Below, piece after piece: positions 17,403-29,669 of a DNA stretch of 64,000 nt; the stretch's first letter is position 1; every line of letters begins with the position of its first letter. Source of the stretch: Clostridia bacterium (GTDB lineage: Bacteria > Bacillota > Clostridia > Christensenellales > QALW01); assembly GCA_045594045.1 (NCBI GenBank), contig JAZNXV010000032.1, forward strand, positions 14,164 to 78,163, in the 5' to 3' direction. The position numbers were made by a program, and so were the translations under genes. Under the pieces are notes generated by a model. The model saw nothing but the letters and a program-made list of their open reading frames with translations. It was not told where the DNA came from and did not search any database.

Positions 17403-20021
17403 ATGAAAGAATACTTACTCAGCGGTGACCAAGTGCTTGCAAACTTAAATTCACAGCAGGCAGGCGGTCTTACGGAAGAAGAAGCAAAAATAAGGCTTGA
17501 AAAAAACGGTCTTAACAAATTAAAAGAAGCTAAAAAGGATTCTCTCCTAAAGCGTTTTCTTTCGCAGCTCTCTGACCCAATGATTATTATTTTAATCTGC
17601 GCGGCCGTGGTATCAGCCCTTACCGCCGTATTTGGTGAGCACCCTGAATTTCCTACCGATTCCATTATCATTCTTGCGGTTGTGCTGATCAATACCGTTT
17701 TAGGTGTTTTTCAGGAATCCAAAGCCGAAAAGGCCATTGAGGCTCTTCAGGCTATGACCGCCGCTCAAAGCAAGGTTGTACGCTCCGGTAAGCTTATGCA
17801 CGTAAAGAGCGAGGAGCTGGTTGTGGGCGACATAATTATTCTTGAAGCAGGTGACGACGTTCCTGCCGACGCAAGAATTTTAGAAAGTGCCAGCTTGAAA
17901 ATCGAAGAAGCCGCCTTGACGGGTGAAAGCGTGCCTGTTGAAAAGCACAGCGACACTCTTTCGGGCGAGGTTTCTTTAGGCGACAGAAAAAATATGGTCT
18001 ATATGGGCTCAACCGTTGTTTACGGGCGTGGCGTTGCCGTTGTTTGTGCCTGCGGCATGGACACCGAAATGGGCAAAATTGCCGACGCTATTGCTCAAGC
18101 AGTTGACAACCAAACGCCCTTGCAAATAAAACTTGCACAGTTAAGTAAGATTTTAACGTATCTTGTTTTGGGTATCTGCGTTTTAGTTTTCGCGGTTGAC
18201 ATTTTGCGTGACGTTTTTGCAGGTCTTCCCATAACCTTTGACGGCATTATGAATACCTTTATGATTGCCGTTAGCCTTGCTGTTGCGGCTATTCCTGAAG
18301 GCTTGGCGGCAGTTGTTACCATAGTGCTTTCAATAGGCGTAACCAATATGTCCAAGCGCTCCGCAGTTATCCGCAAATTAACAGCCGTTGAAACCTTAGG
18401 CTGTGCACAGGTTATCTGCTCTGACAAAACGGGTACTCTTACTCAAAACAGAATGACCGTTGTTGAGCATTATTCTGTTGATAAGCTTTTACTTGCAAAG
18501 GCTTTGGCTCTTTGTTCCGACGCTTCCTTAGATGAAAACAATTCCGCCATAGGCGAGCCTACGGAAGCCGCCCTTGTAAATTACGCCTACACCTTAGGCT
18601 TAAACAAGGGGCTTGTTGAACAAGAGCTTCCGAGAGTCGCCGAAGCCCCCTTTGACTCTATGCGTAAAATGATGAGCACTATTCATCAGGAAAAAGACGG
18701 CGTAATTCAGTTTACAAAAGGCGCTCCCGACGAAATTTTGAAAAAATGTTCCTTTGCCTTAACAGAAAACGGAATTCAGCCCTTAGACGACGCCTTACGC
18801 AACGAAATTCTTTCTAAAAACAAGGAATTTGCAGATAAAGCCTTGCGCGTTTTAGCAGGCGCTTATAAAAATCTCGGTAGCGTGCCTGAAAACGTTTCCC
18901 CCGAAAGCATCGAAAACGAACTTACCTTTATCGGTCTTGTGGGAATGATTGACCCCGTTAGACCCGAGGTTAAAGCCGCTATTGACATTTGCCGCTCTGC
19001 CGGTATAACCCCCGTTATGATTACGGGTGATCATAAAGATACCGCCGTTGCTATTGCAAAGCAGCTTGGTATTATTTTAGATGCAAGCGAAGCCTTAACA
19101 GGTGCTGACATTGACAATATTTCCGACGAAGAATTTGCCGAGGCTATTGAAAAATATCACGTTTATGCCCGCGTTCAACCTGAACACAAGGTGCGTATTG
19201 TTAAAGCCTGGAAGGCAAAGGGCTGTATAACAGCTATGACCGGTGACGGTGTTAACGACGCTCCCTCAATAAAAAATGCCGATATTGGTGTAGGTATGGG
19301 TATAACGGGTACCGACGTTACTAAAAACGTTGCCGATATGGTGCTTGCAGACGATAACTTTGCAACAATTGTTTCTGCCGTTGAAGAGGGTAGAAGAATT
19401 TACGATAACATTCGTAAGGCAATGCAGTTTTTACTTTCTGCTAACCTTGCCGAAGTTATAACGATATTTGCGGCAACCTTGATGAACTTTGAGGTGCTTG
19501 CCCCCGTTCATCTGTTATGGATCAACCTTGTAACAGATACCTTCCCCGCCATTTCGCTCGGTATGGAAAAGGCAGAGGATAACGTAATGAACCGTGCCCC
19601 GAGAGATTCTCGAGAAGGCATTTTCGCCGGCGGTATGGGCTTTGATATTTTCTTCCAAGGCTTAATTATTTCCGCTATCACCCTTGCCGCTTACTTTATT
19701 GGCGCGTATATTGACGGTGCCGAACACGGTATGACTATGGCTTTCGTAGCCCTTTCAATGACAGAAATCTTCCACGCATTTAATATGCGTTCGAGAAGGC
19801 GCTCTATTTTCGCAGTTAAGGGTCATAACAAAACGCTTTGGCTTTCTATGCTGGTATCTCTGATTTTGACCGTTGCAGTTTTATTCATCAAGCCCGTTGC
19901 CCTTGCCTTTGGCTTTACACAAATTACAATCGGTGAGTTCGGTATTGCCATCGCCCTTGCCTTTGCGATTATTCCTATAATCGAAATAACAAAGTTAATA
20001 CAAAGAAAAATAAATAAGTAG
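17403..20021 (+). CDS. cation-transporting P-type ATPase (PII-type; Ca2+/Mn2+ or Mg2+ pump)
   Basis: 872 aa with the DKTGTLT phosphorylation site, TGES, the GDGVNDAPS hinge and about 10 TM segments. Ion specificity cannot be decided by eye. Confidence 0.9.
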   Translation: MKEYLLSGDQVLANLNSQQAGGLTEEEAKIRLEKNGLNKLKEAKKDSLLKRFLSQLSDPMIIILICAAVVSALTAVFGEHPEFPTDSIIILAVVLINTVLGVFQESKAEKAIEALQAMTAAQSKVVRSGKLMHVKSEELVVGDIIILEAGDDVPADARILESASLKIEEAALTGESVPVEKHSDTLSGEVSLGDRKNMVYMGSTVVYGRGVAVVCACGMDTEMGKIADAIAQAVDNQTPLQIKLAQLSKILTYLVLGICVLVFAVDILRDVFAGLPITFDGIMNTFMIAVSLAVAAIPEGLAAVVTIVLSIGVTNMSKRSAVIRKLTAVETLGCAQVICSDKTGTLTQNRMTVVEHYSVDKLLLAKALALCSDASLDENNSAIGEPTEAALVNYAYTLGLNKGLVEQELPRVAEAPFDSMRKMMSTIHQEKDGVIQFTKGAPDEILKKCSFALTENGIQPLDDALRNEILSKNKEFADKALRVLAGAYKNLGSVPENVSPESIENELTFIGLVGMIDPVRPEVKAAIDICRSAGITPVMITGDHKDTAVAIAKQLGIILDASEALTGADIDNISDEEFAEAIEKYHVYARVQPEHKVRIVKAWKAKGCITAMTGDGVNDAPSIKNADIGVGMGITGTDVTKNVADMVLADDNFATIVSAVEEGRRIYDNIRKAMQFLLSANLAEVITIFAATLMNFEVLAPVHLLWINLVTDTFPAISLGMEKAEDNVMNRAPRDSREGIFAGGMGFDIFFQGLIISAITLAAYFIGAYIDGAEHGMTMAFVALSMTEIFHAFNMRSRRRSIFAVKGHNKTLWLSMLVSLILTVAVLFIKPVALAFGFTQITIGEFGIAIALAFAIIPIIEITKLIQRKINK

Positions 20022-20030
20022 GTGTTAATA

Positions 20031-20732
20031 ATGGATATAGAATTAGGTGTTTTTGATTTACTGAATATTCAAACCCAGTTGAATTTTTGCCTCAGAATAA
20101 TTGCCGCTGCTATGTGTGGCTGTCTTATCGGCTACGAGCGTTCAAGGCGCTTAAAGGGCGCAGGTGTAAGAACTCATATGATTATTGCCCTTGCCGCCGC
20201 GCTGATGACAATCGTTTCTAAATACGGCTTCCTGGATATGCTGCTTGCAGGCTTTAATGCCGACGCTTCACGTGTTGCCGCGCAGATTGTTGCAGGTATT
20301 CCCTTCTTGGGCGCAGGCGTAATATTTATGCGCCAAAACCAAGCCTCCGTTCAGGGCTTAACTACTGCCGCAGGTATTTTAGCCACCTGCGGAATCGGTA
20401 TGGCTTTAGGCGCAGGTCTTTACGTAATAGGCATTTTTGCAACGGCACTTTTAATGCTTCTGCAATTTGTGCTTCATAAGGTTTTAACCGGTTACGACAG
20501 CAGCTATATCGGCGAAATAGTAATAACCGCCGACCCTTCCTTTAAGGTTGAAGAAGCTATTGGCGAGACCTTTAAGGCTTACATAGTTACTATACAAAAA
20601 AGCCGCGTTAAAAAGCTTGAAAGCGGAAAGTTGGAATATCGCATAAGTTTTAAAACAATGCGTGAAATTCCTGCTCACGAGTTGGCCGCTGTGCTTGATG
20701 CAACGCCTGAATTTACTGCTATTGAAATTTAA
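20031..20732 (+). CDS. mgtC: MgtC/SapB family protein
   Basis: N-terminal MgtC membrane domain and a C-terminal ACT-like soluble domain. ATG 20031 is preferred over the ORF-track GTG 20022. Confidence 0.8.
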   Translation: MDIELGVFDLLNIQTQLNFCLRIIAAAMCGCLIGYERSRRLKGAGVRTHMIIALAAALMTIVSKYGFLDMLLAGFNADASRVAAQIVAGIPFLGAGVIFMRQNQASVQGLTTAAGILATCGIGMALGAGLYVIGIFATALLMLLQFVLHKVLTGYDSSYIGEIVITADPSFKVEEAIGETFKAYIVTIQKSRVKKLESGKLEYRISFKTMREIPAHELAAVLDATPEFTAIEI

Positions 20733-20755
20733 TATTTTCATTTGCTTAACATAAA

Positions 20756-20797
20756 AAAGCACTTGCAACAAGATTTGTTACAAGTGCTTTTTTTATT
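20756..20797. terminator. bidirectional terminator between mgtC and the phosphatase gene
   Basis: Stem AGCACTTGCAACAA / TTGTTACAAGTGCT (one mismatch) followed by T7. An A-run upstream serves the minus strand. Confidence 0.75.
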
Positions 20798-20809
20798 TAT
20801 ATAGACTAT

Positions 20810-21439
20810 TTAAAATACCCTTGTTACGTCCGTTAAATGCTCGTCGTTACTATATTCTTTTAAAACGAGTTTGCCTTTAACAAGTTCAACGTACGTAATT
20901 GATGCATTTGATGGCCAAGCAAGCTTATCAAACTCATCAATTTTAAGGGCTAACAACCTTGCACAAAAACTGCGCAAAGCCATAGCGTGAGTTGTAATAC
21001 ATATTCTCTGTCCTATATGCTCTTTGGCAATTCTTAGAGCCTCATTATAAAATCTCGTTTGCACGTCAAAAGTGCTTTCTCCGTCGGGGCATTGAACTCT
21101 GCCTAAATCAGTGCGCCAAGTATGCCACATTTCAGGATATTTCGCTTCTATAACGTCCCTATGCATATTTTCCCACTGTCCTGCATTAATTTCTCTAAAT
21201 GCTTCATTTTTAGTCACCTTTAAGCCTTGCCTTCTTGCAATGGCTTCTCCGGTATAAAAAGCTCTTTGTAAATCACTTGAATATACCGCATCAATTTTAG
21301 TATTTTTTAAAAATTCACCCGTTTGCTCTGCTTGAATTTTTCCTGTTTCAGATAAAGGTACATCTGTATAACCACAAAAAATATGATTAACGTTTCCCAT
21401 ACTTTGCCCGTGGCGAATTATCAAAAGCTCTGTTTTCAT
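20810..21439 (-). CDS. histidine phosphatase family protein (phosphoglycerate mutase-like)
   Basis: 209 aa with the RHGQS catalytic motif at the N-terminus and a conserved downstream His (TTHAM). Confidence 0.8.
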   Translation of the reverse strand: MKTELLIIRHGQSMGNVNHIFCGYTDVPLSETGKIQAEQTGEFLKNTKIDAVYSSDLQRAFYTGEAIARRQGLKVTKNEAFREINAGQWENMHRDVIEAKYPEMWHTWRTDLGRVQCPDGESTFDVQTRFYNEALRIAKEHIGQRICITTHAMALRSFCARLLALKIDEFDKLAWPSNASITYVELVKGKLVLKEYSNDEHLTDVTRVF

Positions 21440-21484
21440 TGTTTTTTCCTTGCGCTTTATAGTTTTTTAATTGTTTTTATCTTC

Positions 21485-24304
21485 TTAAAGAACCTTTTTT
21501 ATAAACCTGCCCGTATGACTGTTTTTGTTTTCGGCAAGTTCTTCGGGAGTACCCGTGCCCACAACTGTTCCGCCGTTCGTTCCGCCCTCGGGGCCCATAT
21601 CAACACAGTAGTCGGCAACCTTGATTATATCGAGATTATGCTCAATTACTATTACAGAATTACCGCCTGAAACAAGTCTGTCAAGGATACCTACAAGCTG
21701 TTTAACGTCGTGAGTGTGCAAACCCGTAGTGGGTTCATCGAGAATATAAATCGTTTTGCCCGTAGGACGTTTAGAAAGCTCCGTTGCAAGTTTAACCCTT
21801 TGAGCTTCGCCTCCTGACAACATTGTAGATGGCTGACCTAACTTAATATAGCCCAAGCCTACGTCATATAAAAGCTGAATTTTGCGATGTATCTGGGGTA
21901 TATGCTCAAAGAATTTAACGGCTTCTTCAACAGTCATATCAAGAATATCAAATATATTCTTGCCCTTGTATTTTACCTCCAAGGTTTCGTTTGAGTATCT
22001 TTTGCCACCGCAAACTTCGCAAGGCACGTAAATATCGGGCATAAAATGCATAGCTATTTTTATTATACCGTCGCCCGAGCAAGCTTCGCATCTGCCGCCT
22101 TTAACGTTAAAACTGAATCTGCCTGCATTGTATCCGCGTATTTTAGAATCTTGAGTTTGAGCAAACAAGGCGCGAATATGGTCAAACACACCTGTGTACG
22201 TAGCAGGATTTGAACGGGGGGTTCTACCTATGGGGCTCTGGTCAATTACAATTACCTTATCAAGCGCTTCAAGCCCGTCAACGCCGTCACACGCGGCTTT
22301 GGGAAAATGTGCTCTGTTTAATTTTCTTGCTAAAGTTGTATAAAGAACTTGATTAACAAGGGAGCTTTTGCCCGAGCCCGAAACGCCCGTAACGGCACAA
22401 AGCACACCTAACGGGAACTTAACCGTAAGATTTTTCAAATTATTTGCATGAGCATTTTTGACCGTAATAAAGCCCTTGGGCTCCCGACGCTTTTTCGGCA
22501 CGGGAATTGACAACTTTTTAGATAAATATGCACCTGTTATGGAGCTTTCGCACGCCATAATTTCTTGGGGCGTACCTGTACAAACGATTTCGCCGCCGCC
22601 TGCACCTGCTCTTGGTCCAATATCAACTACAAAATCAGCCTGACGAATTGTATCCTCATCGTGTTCAACAACAATCAGTGTGTTGCCTAAATCTCTCAAG
22701 CCCTTTAAAGAAGCTAAAAGCTTTTCGTTATCTCTTTGGTGCAGACCTATGCTTGGCTCGTCAAGAACGTACAAAACTCCCATAAGTCCTGCACCTATTT
22801 GAGTTGCAAGACGAATTCGTTGAGCCTCTCCGCCCGAAAGCGTTCCAGCAGAGCGCGTAAGCGTTAAATATTCAAGACCTACGTTTTCTAAAAATGCAAG
22901 GCGAGCATTTATTTCCTTTAAAATGCGCTCTGCAATCATGGTATCCTTATTAGAAAGCGTAAGCTCGCTTAAAAAGGCACGAATTTCATTTACGGGCATA
23001 CTGCTAAGTTCGTAAATATTTTTACCGTTAACGGTTACCGCAAGGGCTTCGGGACGGAAGCGCTTACCTTGGCACGCGTGGCAGGGGCTTTCCACCATAT
23101 ACTGCTCCAAATCACGCTTTACACCTTCGCTTTGAGTTTCCTTGAATCTGCGTTCAAGCTGTGGAATGATTCCTTCAAAGGCTTGCTTAAACTCGCGTGA
23201 ATGACGGCTTGTGGTAATTTTAAACTCTACCGCTTCACCTTTTGTGCCGTAAAGAATAATATCCTTATATTTTTGGTCAAGGTCCTTAAAGGGCGCGTCC
23301 AAGGAAAAGCCGTAATGCTTTGAAAGTCCTTGATAATACATATGATTCATAGTATCGGTGCCGCCAATAAACCACCCCGACACGCGAATTGCGCCTTGGT
23401 TTATGGATAAGCTTTCGTCATGTATAATAAGCTCCGGCGAAACGCGCATAATACTGCCTAAGCCTGTACATTCACTACATGCGCCAAAGGGCGAGTTGAA
23501 GGAGAACAGCCGCGGCTCTAATTCTTCAATGCTTATATTGCAGTCGGGACAAGCATAATTCTCGCTAAAGAGCATTTCTTCACCTTTATCAAGGCGCTCA
23601 ATAATAACGAGCCCTTGAGCAAGCTTTAACGCGCTTTCAATAGAATCTGTAAGGCGCGAGCGTATATCCTGGCGGACAATCAATCTGTCAATAACAACAG
23701 AAATATAATGTTTGTTGTTCTTTTCTAAGGCAATATCGTCGTTAAGCTCATACATTTCGCCGTCGATTTTAACTCTTATATAACCGCTTTTGCGCATTTG
23801 TTCCAAAAGCTTAACGTGCTCACCTTTTCTTGCTCTGACAACGGGCGCAAGCACAAGAATTTTTGTGTTTTCAGGCAAAGCGAGCACCGCCTGCACCATT
23901 TGGTCAACAGACTGACGGTTGATTTTTCTACCGCATTTAGGGCAGTGAGGCTCACCGATACGGGCATATAACAAACGAAGATAATCGTGAATTTCCGTAA
24001 CTGTTCCAACCGTTGAACGTGGGTTGTTGTTGGTAGTTTTTTGGTCAATGCTTATGGCAGGCGAAAGACCCTCTATAGACTCCACGTCAGGCTTCTCCAT
24101 TTGCCCTAAAAACTGACGGGCGTAGGATGACAGACTTTCAACGTATCTTCTTTGCCCTTCGGCATAGATAGTGTCAAACGCCAAAGAGCTTTTACCCGAC
24201 CCCGAAAGCCCTGTAAACACTACGAGTTTATTTCTTGGTATAGTAACGTTTACGCTTTTTAAGTTATGTGTTTTTGCATTTTTAATAATAATGCTGTCGT
24301 TCAT
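21485..24304 (-). CDS. uvrA: excinuclease ABC subunit A
   Basis: 939 aa with duplicated ABC ATPase modules (GLSGSGKSS and GVSGSGKSS) and zinc fingers. Confidence 0.97.
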   Translation of the reverse strand: MNDSIIIKNAKTHNLKSVNVTIPRNKLVVFTGLSGSGKSSLAFDTIYAEGQRRYVESLSSYARQFLGQMEKPDVESIEGLSPAISIDQKTTNNNPRSTVGTVTEIHDYLRLLYARIGEPHCPKCGRKINRQSVDQMVQAVLALPENTKILVLAPVVRARKGEHVKLLEQMRKSGYIRVKIDGEMYELNDDIALEKNNKHYISVVIDRLIVRQDIRSRLTDSIESALKLAQGLVIIERLDKGEEMLFSENYACPDCNISIEELEPRLFSFNSPFGACSECTGLGSIMRVSPELIIHDESLSINQGAIRVSGWFIGGTDTMNHMYYQGLSKHYGFSLDAPFKDLDQKYKDIILYGTKGEAVEFKITTSRHSREFKQAFEGIIPQLERRFKETQSEGVKRDLEQYMVESPCHACQGKRFRPEALAVTVNGKNIYELSSMPVNEIRAFLSELTLSNKDTMIAERILKEINARLAFLENVGLEYLTLTRSAGTLSGGEAQRIRLATQIGAGLMGVLYVLDEPSIGLHQRDNEKLLASLKGLRDLGNTLIVVEHDEDTIRQADFVVDIGPRAGAGGGEIVCTGTPQEIMACESSITGAYLSKKLSIPVPKKRREPKGFITVKNAHANNLKNLTVKFPLGVLCAVTGVSGSGKSSLVNQVLYTTLARKLNRAHFPKAACDGVDGLEALDKVIVIDQSPIGRTPRSNPATYTGVFDHIRALFAQTQDSKIRGYNAGRFSFNVKGGRCEACSGDGIIKIAMHFMPDIYVPCEVCGGKRYSNETLEVKYKGKNIFDILDMTVEEAVKFFEHIPQIHRKIQLLYDVGLGYIKLGQPSTMLSGGEAQRVKLATELSKRPTGKTIYILDEPTTGLHTHDVKQLVGILDRLVSGGNSVIVIEHNLDIIKVADYCVDMGPEGGTNGGTVVGTGTPEELAENKNSHTGRFIKKVL

Positions 24305-26254
24305 TTATTCTTCTCCGTACAAAATTTTAAGTGTATCGCGAATTTTTGCCGCCTTTTCAAACTCAAGGTTTTTAGCAAGGCGAAGCATCTCTTCTTCAAG
24401 AGCGCGGATACGCTCTTTAATATCTCCGTCCGTAATAACCTCGTCCTTTGCCTTGCCTGTAATTTCGATTAAATCTGCAATAGGCTTAATAATGGTTTTA
24501 GGCGTAATATTGTTTTTCTTATTGTATTCCATCTGAATTTTACGGCGACGAGCAGTTTCTTCTATAGCTTCGCGCATAGAATCGGTAACGTTATCAGCAT
24601 ACATTATAACTCTGCCCTCGGCATTTCTTGCCCCACGCCCTATAGTTTGTATAAGCGAGCGTTTTGAACGCAAAAATCCTTCTTTATCAGCATCTAAAAT
24701 TGCAATTAATGCAACTTCAGGCAAATCAAGCCCTTCGCGCAAAAGATTTATACCTACAAGCACGTCAAACTTACCAAGGCGCAGATTGCGCAAAATTTCA
24801 ACACGCTCCAAGGTATGAATTTCAGAGTGCATATACTCAACTCGCAAACCCATTTCCTTTAAATAATCCGTAAGCATTTCTGCCATACGCTTTGTTAAGG
24901 TGGTAACAAGTGTGCGATAGCCTTTATTTGTGGTGGCTGTAATTTCTTCAATTAAATCGTCAATTTGCCCGTCAATCTTACGTACTTCAATTAATGGGTC
25001 CAGTAGACCTGTGGGGCGAATAATTTGTTCGGCAACCTCACCTGATGCTCTTTCAAGCTCGTATTCCGCAGGAGTAGCCGATACAAAAATCGTTTGCATC
25101 AGCCGCGAAATTGCTTCGTCAAACTGCAGGGGTCTGTTGTCAAAAGCCGCGGGCAGACGGAAGCCGAAATTTACAAGCATTTCTTTTCTTGATCTATCAC
25201 CTGCGTACATAGCGCGCATTTGAGGTATGGTTACGTGAGATTCGTCAATTATGGTTAAAAAATCATTGGGAAAATAATCAAGCAAGGTATACGGCGGCTG
25301 TCCTTCGCATCTGCCGTCAAGATACCGAGAATAGTTTTCTATGCCTGAACAATAGCCGATTTCGCCTATCATTTCAATATCGTATCTTGTGCGCTGTTCC
25401 AAACGCTCGTATTCAAGAGGCTTACCTGCTTCTTCAAAATATTTCAAACGTTTTTCAAGGTCAATATTAATTTGCTGCAGGGCGCGTGTTAGGCGTTCAT
25501 CGTCTGCCGCATAGTGAGTGTTAGGAAAAATTGCGCAGTGCTTTAGGGTAGACAGCACTCTGCCCGTTACAATATCAATTTCACATATTCTGTCAATTTC
25601 GTCGCCGAAAAATTCCACTCTTATAGCTTTATCGCTGTTACTTGCAGGAATAATTTCTACGCTGTCACCCCGCACCCTGAACGTACCGCGAACAAAATCG
25701 GTATCATTTCGCTCGTACTGAATTTCAACAAGACGGCTAAGTAGATAATCTCTCTCCATTTTTGCATTTGGGCGCAAAGAAACAGCCATATCCATATACG
25801 CTTTAGGGTCACCAAGACCGTAAATGCAAGATACAGATGCCACAACAATAACGTCCCTGCGCTCTGCTAAAGAACAGGTGGCGCTATGGCGCAATTTATC
25901 AATTTCTTCGTTAATAGACGAATCTTTTTCAATATAAGTATCAGTTTGGGGAATGTAAGCTTCAGGCTGATAATAATCATAAAATGACACAAAATATTCT
26001 ACCGCGTTTTCAGGGAAAAATTCCTTAAACTCGGAGTAAAGCTGCGCCGCAAGAGTTTTATTATGAGCAAGAACAAGAGTGGGCTTGTTAACACGCTCAA
26101 TAATATTTGCCATAGTAAATGTTTTACCCGAGCCCGTTACGCCTAAAAGCACCTGGGAATCAATGCCGTCGAGCACACCCTGAGCTAATTTTTCAATGGC
26201 TTCAGGTTGGTCGCCCGTGGGCGCAAAATTTGAATGTAATATAAACTTGTCCAC
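24305..26254 (-). CDS. uvrB: excinuclease ABC subunit B
   Basis: Helicase motifs ([12 protein letters not shown]) and a C-terminal UVR domain. GTG 26254 behind AGAGGTG gives the canonical N-terminus (M)[16 protein letters not shown]. Confidence 0.95.
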   Translation of the reverse strand: MDKFILHSNFAPTGDQPEAIEKLAQGVLDGIDSQVLLGVTGSGKTFTMANIIERVNKPTLVLAHNKTLAAQLYSEFKEFFPENAVEYFVSFYDYYQPEAYIPQTDTYIEKDSSINEEIDKLRHSATCSLAERRDVIVVASVSCIYGLGDPKAYMDMAVSLRPNAKMERDYLLSRLVEIQYERNDTDFVRGTFRVRGDSVEIIPASNSDKAIRVEFFGDEIDRICEIDIVTGRVLSTLKHCAIFPNTHYAADDERLTRALQQINIDLEKRLKYFEEAGKPLEYERLEQRTRYDIEMIGEIGYCSGIENYSRYLDGRCEGQPPYTLLDYFPNDFLTIIDESHVTIPQMRAMYAGDRSRKEMLVNFGFRLPAAFDNRPLQFDEAISRLMQTIFVSATPAEYELERASGEVAEQIIRPTGLLDPLIEVRKIDGQIDDLIEEITATTNKGYRTLVTTLTKRMAEMLTDYLKEMGLRVEYMHSEIHTLERVEILRNLRLGKFDVLVGINLLREGLDLPEVALIAILDADKEGFLRSKRSLIQTIGRGARNAEGRVIMYADNVTDSMREAIEETARRRKIQMEYNKKNNITPKTIIKPIADLIEITGKAKDEVITDGDIKERIRALEEEMLRLAKNLEFEKAAKIRDTLKILYGEE

Positions 26255-26324
26255 GCTTGTTTTCACCTCTTTTACTATTATAAACAAATCTTTAATTAAT
26301 ATATTATATCACAAACTTTTTTGC

Positions 26325-26369
26325 AAGTAAATAAAAAGAGCAGACGTATTTATTATCATCTGCTCTTTT
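26325..26369 (-). terminator. rho-independent terminator after pflA
   Basis: Stem AAAAGAGCAGA / TCTGCTCTTTT, with a T-run on the minus strand. Confidence 0.7.
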
Positions 26370-26391
26370 GTATAATCTTTATTGTCAGTAT

Positions 26392-27093
26392 TTATTTTAA
26401 ATTTTCGTTTAACTTATCCATACTTTCTTTCGTAGGCTCGTCGATTTTTCCAAAGGGAAACTCAATACCTAAATTATCGTACTTAGCCTGGCAAAGCTTT
26501 CTAAAGGGTAGCAGTTCGATTTTGTCTACGCAGGAATGTTTTTCTGCAATTTCCTTTAGTTTTAAAACATTTTCTTTATTATCCGTTTTTGTAGGTATGA
26601 TTACTTGCCGCAAGGTTGTAGGAATTTGCATTTGCTCTAAACAACCTAAAAATTCAAGCACACTATCAAGAGTGCAACCTACGTTCTCCAAATATTCTTC
26701 GTTTGTAGTATATTTAATATCAAGCAACACCCTATCTGTAACCTTTAAAAGCTCTAAAACGCTATTATTTAGTATCGAGCCCGAAGTATCAAGGCAAGTA
26801 TTAATACCGTTTTGTTTGCAAATAGAAAAAACTTCTTTTGCAAATTCACTTTGGATTAACGGCTCGCCCCCGGAAAGTGTTATGCCGCCTAACGCACCGA
26901 AATATGATTTATAGCGGGTAGCTTTTTCTGCTATTTCTTGGGCAGAAATTTCTTTGCCCCCCAAGCAATCCCAAGTATCAGGGTTGTGACAGCATTTACA
27001 CCTTAAAGGACAGCCCTGCAAAAACACTACAAAGCGCACACCGGGACCGTCAACAGTGCCAAGGGACTGAATAGAATTTATTTTACCTGTCAT
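26392..27093 (-). CDS. pflA: pyruvate formate-lyase activating enzyme (glycyl-radical activase)
   Basis: 233 aa with the radical SAM cluster motif CPLRCKCCHN. It lies directly downstream of pflB. Confidence 0.9.
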   Translation of the reverse strand: MTGKINSIQSLGTVDGPGVRFVVFLQGCPLRCKCCHNPDTWDCLGGKEISAQEIAEKATRYKSYFGALGGITLSGGEPLIQSEFAKEVFSICKQNGINTCLDTSGSILNNSVLELLKVTDRVLLDIKYTTNEEYLENVGCTLDSVLEFLGCLEQMQIPTTLRQVIIPTKTDNKENVLKLKEIAEKHSCVDKIELLPFRKLCQAKYDNLGIEFPFGKIDEPTKESMDKLNENLK

Positions 27094-27123
27094 ATCAACA
27101 TTCCTAAAATTTTATTTAATATA

Positions 27124-27147
27124 TTGGGCAAGCTTGCGCTTGCCCAA
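27124..27147 (-). terminator. intercistronic hairpin between pflB and pflA (possible partial terminator)
   Basis: 10-bp stem TTGGGCAAGC / GCTTGCCCAA with a 4-nt loop. The downstream U-tract is weak. Confidence 0.4.
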
Positions 27148-27189
27148 ATGTTTAACATTATTTACTTTTACGAAAGTTTTAAGCTCACT

Positions 27190-29421
27190 TTATATTTTTT
27201 CGTGGAAAGTGCGGCTAATAACTTCTCTTTGCTGTTCCCTTGAAAGCTTGTTAAAGTTAACAGCATAGCCTGAAACTCTAATTGTAAGGTTAGGATATTC
27301 TTCGGGATTTTCGTAAGCCTTCATAAGCGTTTCGCGGTTAAGCACGTTTACGTTTATATGATGAGCCTTTTTGCCAAAATATCCGTCAAGCACACTTACA
27401 AGATTGTCAATTCTCTCCTCTTCCGTTTTTCCAAGAGCCTCGGGAGTAATTGAGAAAGTGTTTGAAATACCGTCGCGGCAATCGTCATAGCTCAATTTTG
27501 CTACAGAGTTAAGGGAAGCGAGAGCTCCGTTTGTTTCTCTGTTGTGCATTGGGTTAGCGCCGGGAGCAAAGGGCTCGGCGGCCTTTCTGCCGTCAGGTGT
27601 TGAGCCTGTATTTTTACCGTACATAACGTTAGAGGTAATTGTAAGAACCGAAAGTGTATGTACTGCGTTACGGTATGCAGGAGTTTTGCGAAGCTCGGTA
27701 ATAAACAGATTGGTTAAATCCTTTGCGATAAGGTCAACCCTATCGTCATCATTACCGAATTTGGGGAAATCGCCCGTTGTTCTGAAATCAATAACAAAGC
27801 CATTATCGTCTCTTACGGGGCAAACCTTTGCGTATTTAATAGCGCTCAAGGAGTCAGCCACAACAGAAAGCCCTGCTATGCCGAACGCCATTAAACGCTC
27901 AACGTTTGTATCGTGAAGAGCCATTTGCACCTTTTCGTAGGCATATTTATCGTGCATATAGTGAATAACGTTCATTGTGTTTACGTACAAATGAGAAATC
28001 CATTCAATGTAGATTTTATAGCGCGCCATAACAGCCTCAAAGGTAAGCTGTTTGCACTCTAAAACGGGCATTTGCGGACCGATTTTTATATCGGTGGTAG
28101 CATCGTAACCGCCGTTGATAGCAATTAGCAAGAGCTTTGCAAGGTTGCAGCGAGCACCGAAGAATTGCATCTGCTTGCCGATAGTCATAGCAGAAACACA
28201 GCAGGCAATAGCGTAATCGTCACCGTGAATGGGGCGCATAATATCGTCGTTTTCGTACTGAATGGAGTCAGTATCAGCCGAAACCTTTGCGCAGAACTTT
28301 TTGAAGCCCTCGGGCAAAGAATTTGACCAAAGAATCGTAAGATTAGGCTCGGGAGAAGGGCCGAGTGTGTAAAGCGTATTCAAAATACGGAAGCTACTCT
28401 TGGTAACAAGCGTTCTGCCGTCAACACCCATACCGCCTACCGCTTCGGTAATCCACATGGGGTCACCGCCGAAAAGTTCGTTATACTCAGGTGTGCGAAG
28501 ATGGCGTGCAAGGCGAAGCTTAATAACAAAATCATCAATAATCTCCTGAGCTCCCTCTTCGGTAAGCGTGCCGTTTGCAATGTCGCGCTCAATATAAATA
28601 TCAAAGAAGGTTGCTACTCTGCCCAAAGACATAGCCGCACCGTTTTGCTCCTTAATTGCACCTAAATATGCAAAATAAGTCCATTGTACTGCTTCACGGG
28701 TGTCCTTTGCAGGCTCGCTGATGTCGTAGCCGTAAATTGCCGCCATTTCCTTCAAGCGACCTAAAAAGAGAATCTGACGGGCAACCTCCTCAGTAAGCCT
28801 GATATTTTCCGTAGTAAATTCACCCTTTGCAAGCTCTGCCTTATCCTTTTTCTTTTCTTCCACAAGTCTGTCAATGCCGTAAAGAGCAACCCTGCGGTAA
28901 TCACCTATGATTCTTCCTCTGCCGTAAGCATCGGGCAAGCCTGTTATAACGTGGCTACGCCTTGCAAGACGCATTTCATCTGTATAAGCGCGGAAAACGC
29001 CATCGTTATGAGTAGTACGATATATAAATTCGTCTTCAATTTTTTCACTTAACTTGTAACCGTAAGCCGCGCAAGCCTGACGTGCCATACGAATTCCGCC
29101 AAAGGGATTTACTCCTCGTTTTAAGGGTGCATCTGTCTGCAAGCCTACGATAATTTCGTTTTCCTTGTCTACGTATCCTGCATCGTAGTTTGTTAATGAC
29201 GTTACAGTTTCCGTGTCAATATCAAGCACGCCGCCCTTTTGGCGTTCAAGCTTAAATAATTCCTGCACCTTTTCCATAAGTGCCTGAGTTCGAGGTGTAG
29301 CTGATGCTAAAAAGTCACTACCCTCAGTATATTCCTTGTAGTTTGTTTGAATGAAATCGCGAACGTTGATTTCATCTTGCCAAACGCCTTCCTTGAAGCC
29401 GTTCCAATTCATGTGCTTCAT
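27190..29421 (-). CDS. pflB: formate C-acetyltransferase (pyruvate formate-lyase)
   Basis: Glycyl-radical motif RVSGYAV near the C-terminus and active-site CC (ACCVSAM). ATG 29421 follows AGGAGAG, whereas the ORF track starts 12 codons earlier. Confidence 0.95.
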   Translation of the reverse strand: MKHMNWNGFKEGVWQDEINVRDFIQTNYKEYTEGSDFLASATPRTQALMEKVQELFKLERQKGGVLDIDTETVTSLTNYDAGYVDKENEIIVGLQTDAPLKRGVNPFGGIRMARQACAAYGYKLSEKIEDEFIYRTTHNDGVFRAYTDEMRLARRSHVITGLPDAYGRGRIIGDYRRVALYGIDRLVEEKKKDKAELAKGEFTTENIRLTEEVARQILFLGRLKEMAAIYGYDISEPAKDTREAVQWTYFAYLGAIKEQNGAAMSLGRVATFFDIYIERDIANGTLTEEGAQEIIDDFVIKLRLARHLRTPEYNELFGGDPMWITEAVGGMGVDGRTLVTKSSFRILNTLYTLGPSPEPNLTILWSNSLPEGFKKFCAKVSADTDSIQYENDDIMRPIHGDDYAIACCVSAMTIGKQMQFFGARCNLAKLLLIAINGGYDATTDIKIGPQMPVLECKQLTFEAVMARYKIYIEWISHLYVNTMNVIHYMHDKYAYEKVQMALHDTNVERLMAFGIAGLSVVADSLSAIKYAKVCPVRDDNGFVIDFRTTGDFPKFGNDDDRVDLIAKDLTNLFITELRKTPAYRNAVHTLSVLTITSNVMYGKNTGSTPDGRKAAEPFAPGANPMHNRETNGALASLNSVAKLSYDDCRDGISNTFSITPEALGKTEEERIDNLVSVLDGYFGKKAHHINVNVLNRETLMKAYENPEEYPNLTIRVSGYAVNFNKLSREQQREVISRTFHEKI

Positions 29422-29532
29422 ATATATTATCTCTCCTTCGAAATTTTCTGTTTTCAAACAAAAAATGTATTTTTTATTTAATAAGCTCTTTGGCTTTAAT
29501 TTTCAAAATAACGGTTGCATCAGATGCGACGC

Positions 29533-29650
29533 AAAAATAAAAAAATGGGCAAGTCAGTCCTTGAAAAACTGATTTGCCCAGACGGTCGGCTTAAATGCCC
29601 TGCATTCCCTCGCGGTAAGTCCGCTGAACCCGTCAGTCATGCAAAGACTA
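29533..29650 (-). promoter_or_regulatory. ZTP (pfl-motif) riboswitch with intrinsic-terminator expression platform
   Basis: The minus-strand RNA is UUUGCAUGACUGACGGGUUCAGCGGACUUACCGCGAGGGAAUGCAGGGCAUUUAAGCCGACCGUCUGGGCAAAUCAG... It has the conserved 5' UGACUGACGG and 3' GCCGACCGUCUGGGC elements. GACGG/CCGUC pseudoknot pairing is possible, and P1 forms as CUUUGCA/UGCAGGG. CUGGGCA overlaps the 5' arm of a 12-13-bp terminator (29546-29580), which is followed by U7AU5. Confidence 0.85.
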
Positions 29651-29669
29651 TATTTATTATTACGGTTAT

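Noticed and set aside
26321-26914. A 197-aa plus-strand ORF, and similar long antisense ORFs at 15729-16175, 33774-34334, 37107-37724, 56636-57301, 61171-61707 and 62673-63044
   Set aside because: All lie fully inside, and antisense to or out of frame with, confidently identified genes (pflA, DUF1385, MATE, ydjG/ydjI-like, the two surface-protein genes, the terminal partial CDS). Their composition is low-complexity or Ser/Leu/Cys-rich, typical of shadow ORFs.
29533-29650. Reading the short transcript upstream of pflB as an independent sRNA or a small SRP-like RNA
   Set aside because: There is no GGAA-tetraloop domain IV. The sequence instead matches the ZTP/pfl riboswitch hallmarks and sits in the canonical genomic context.
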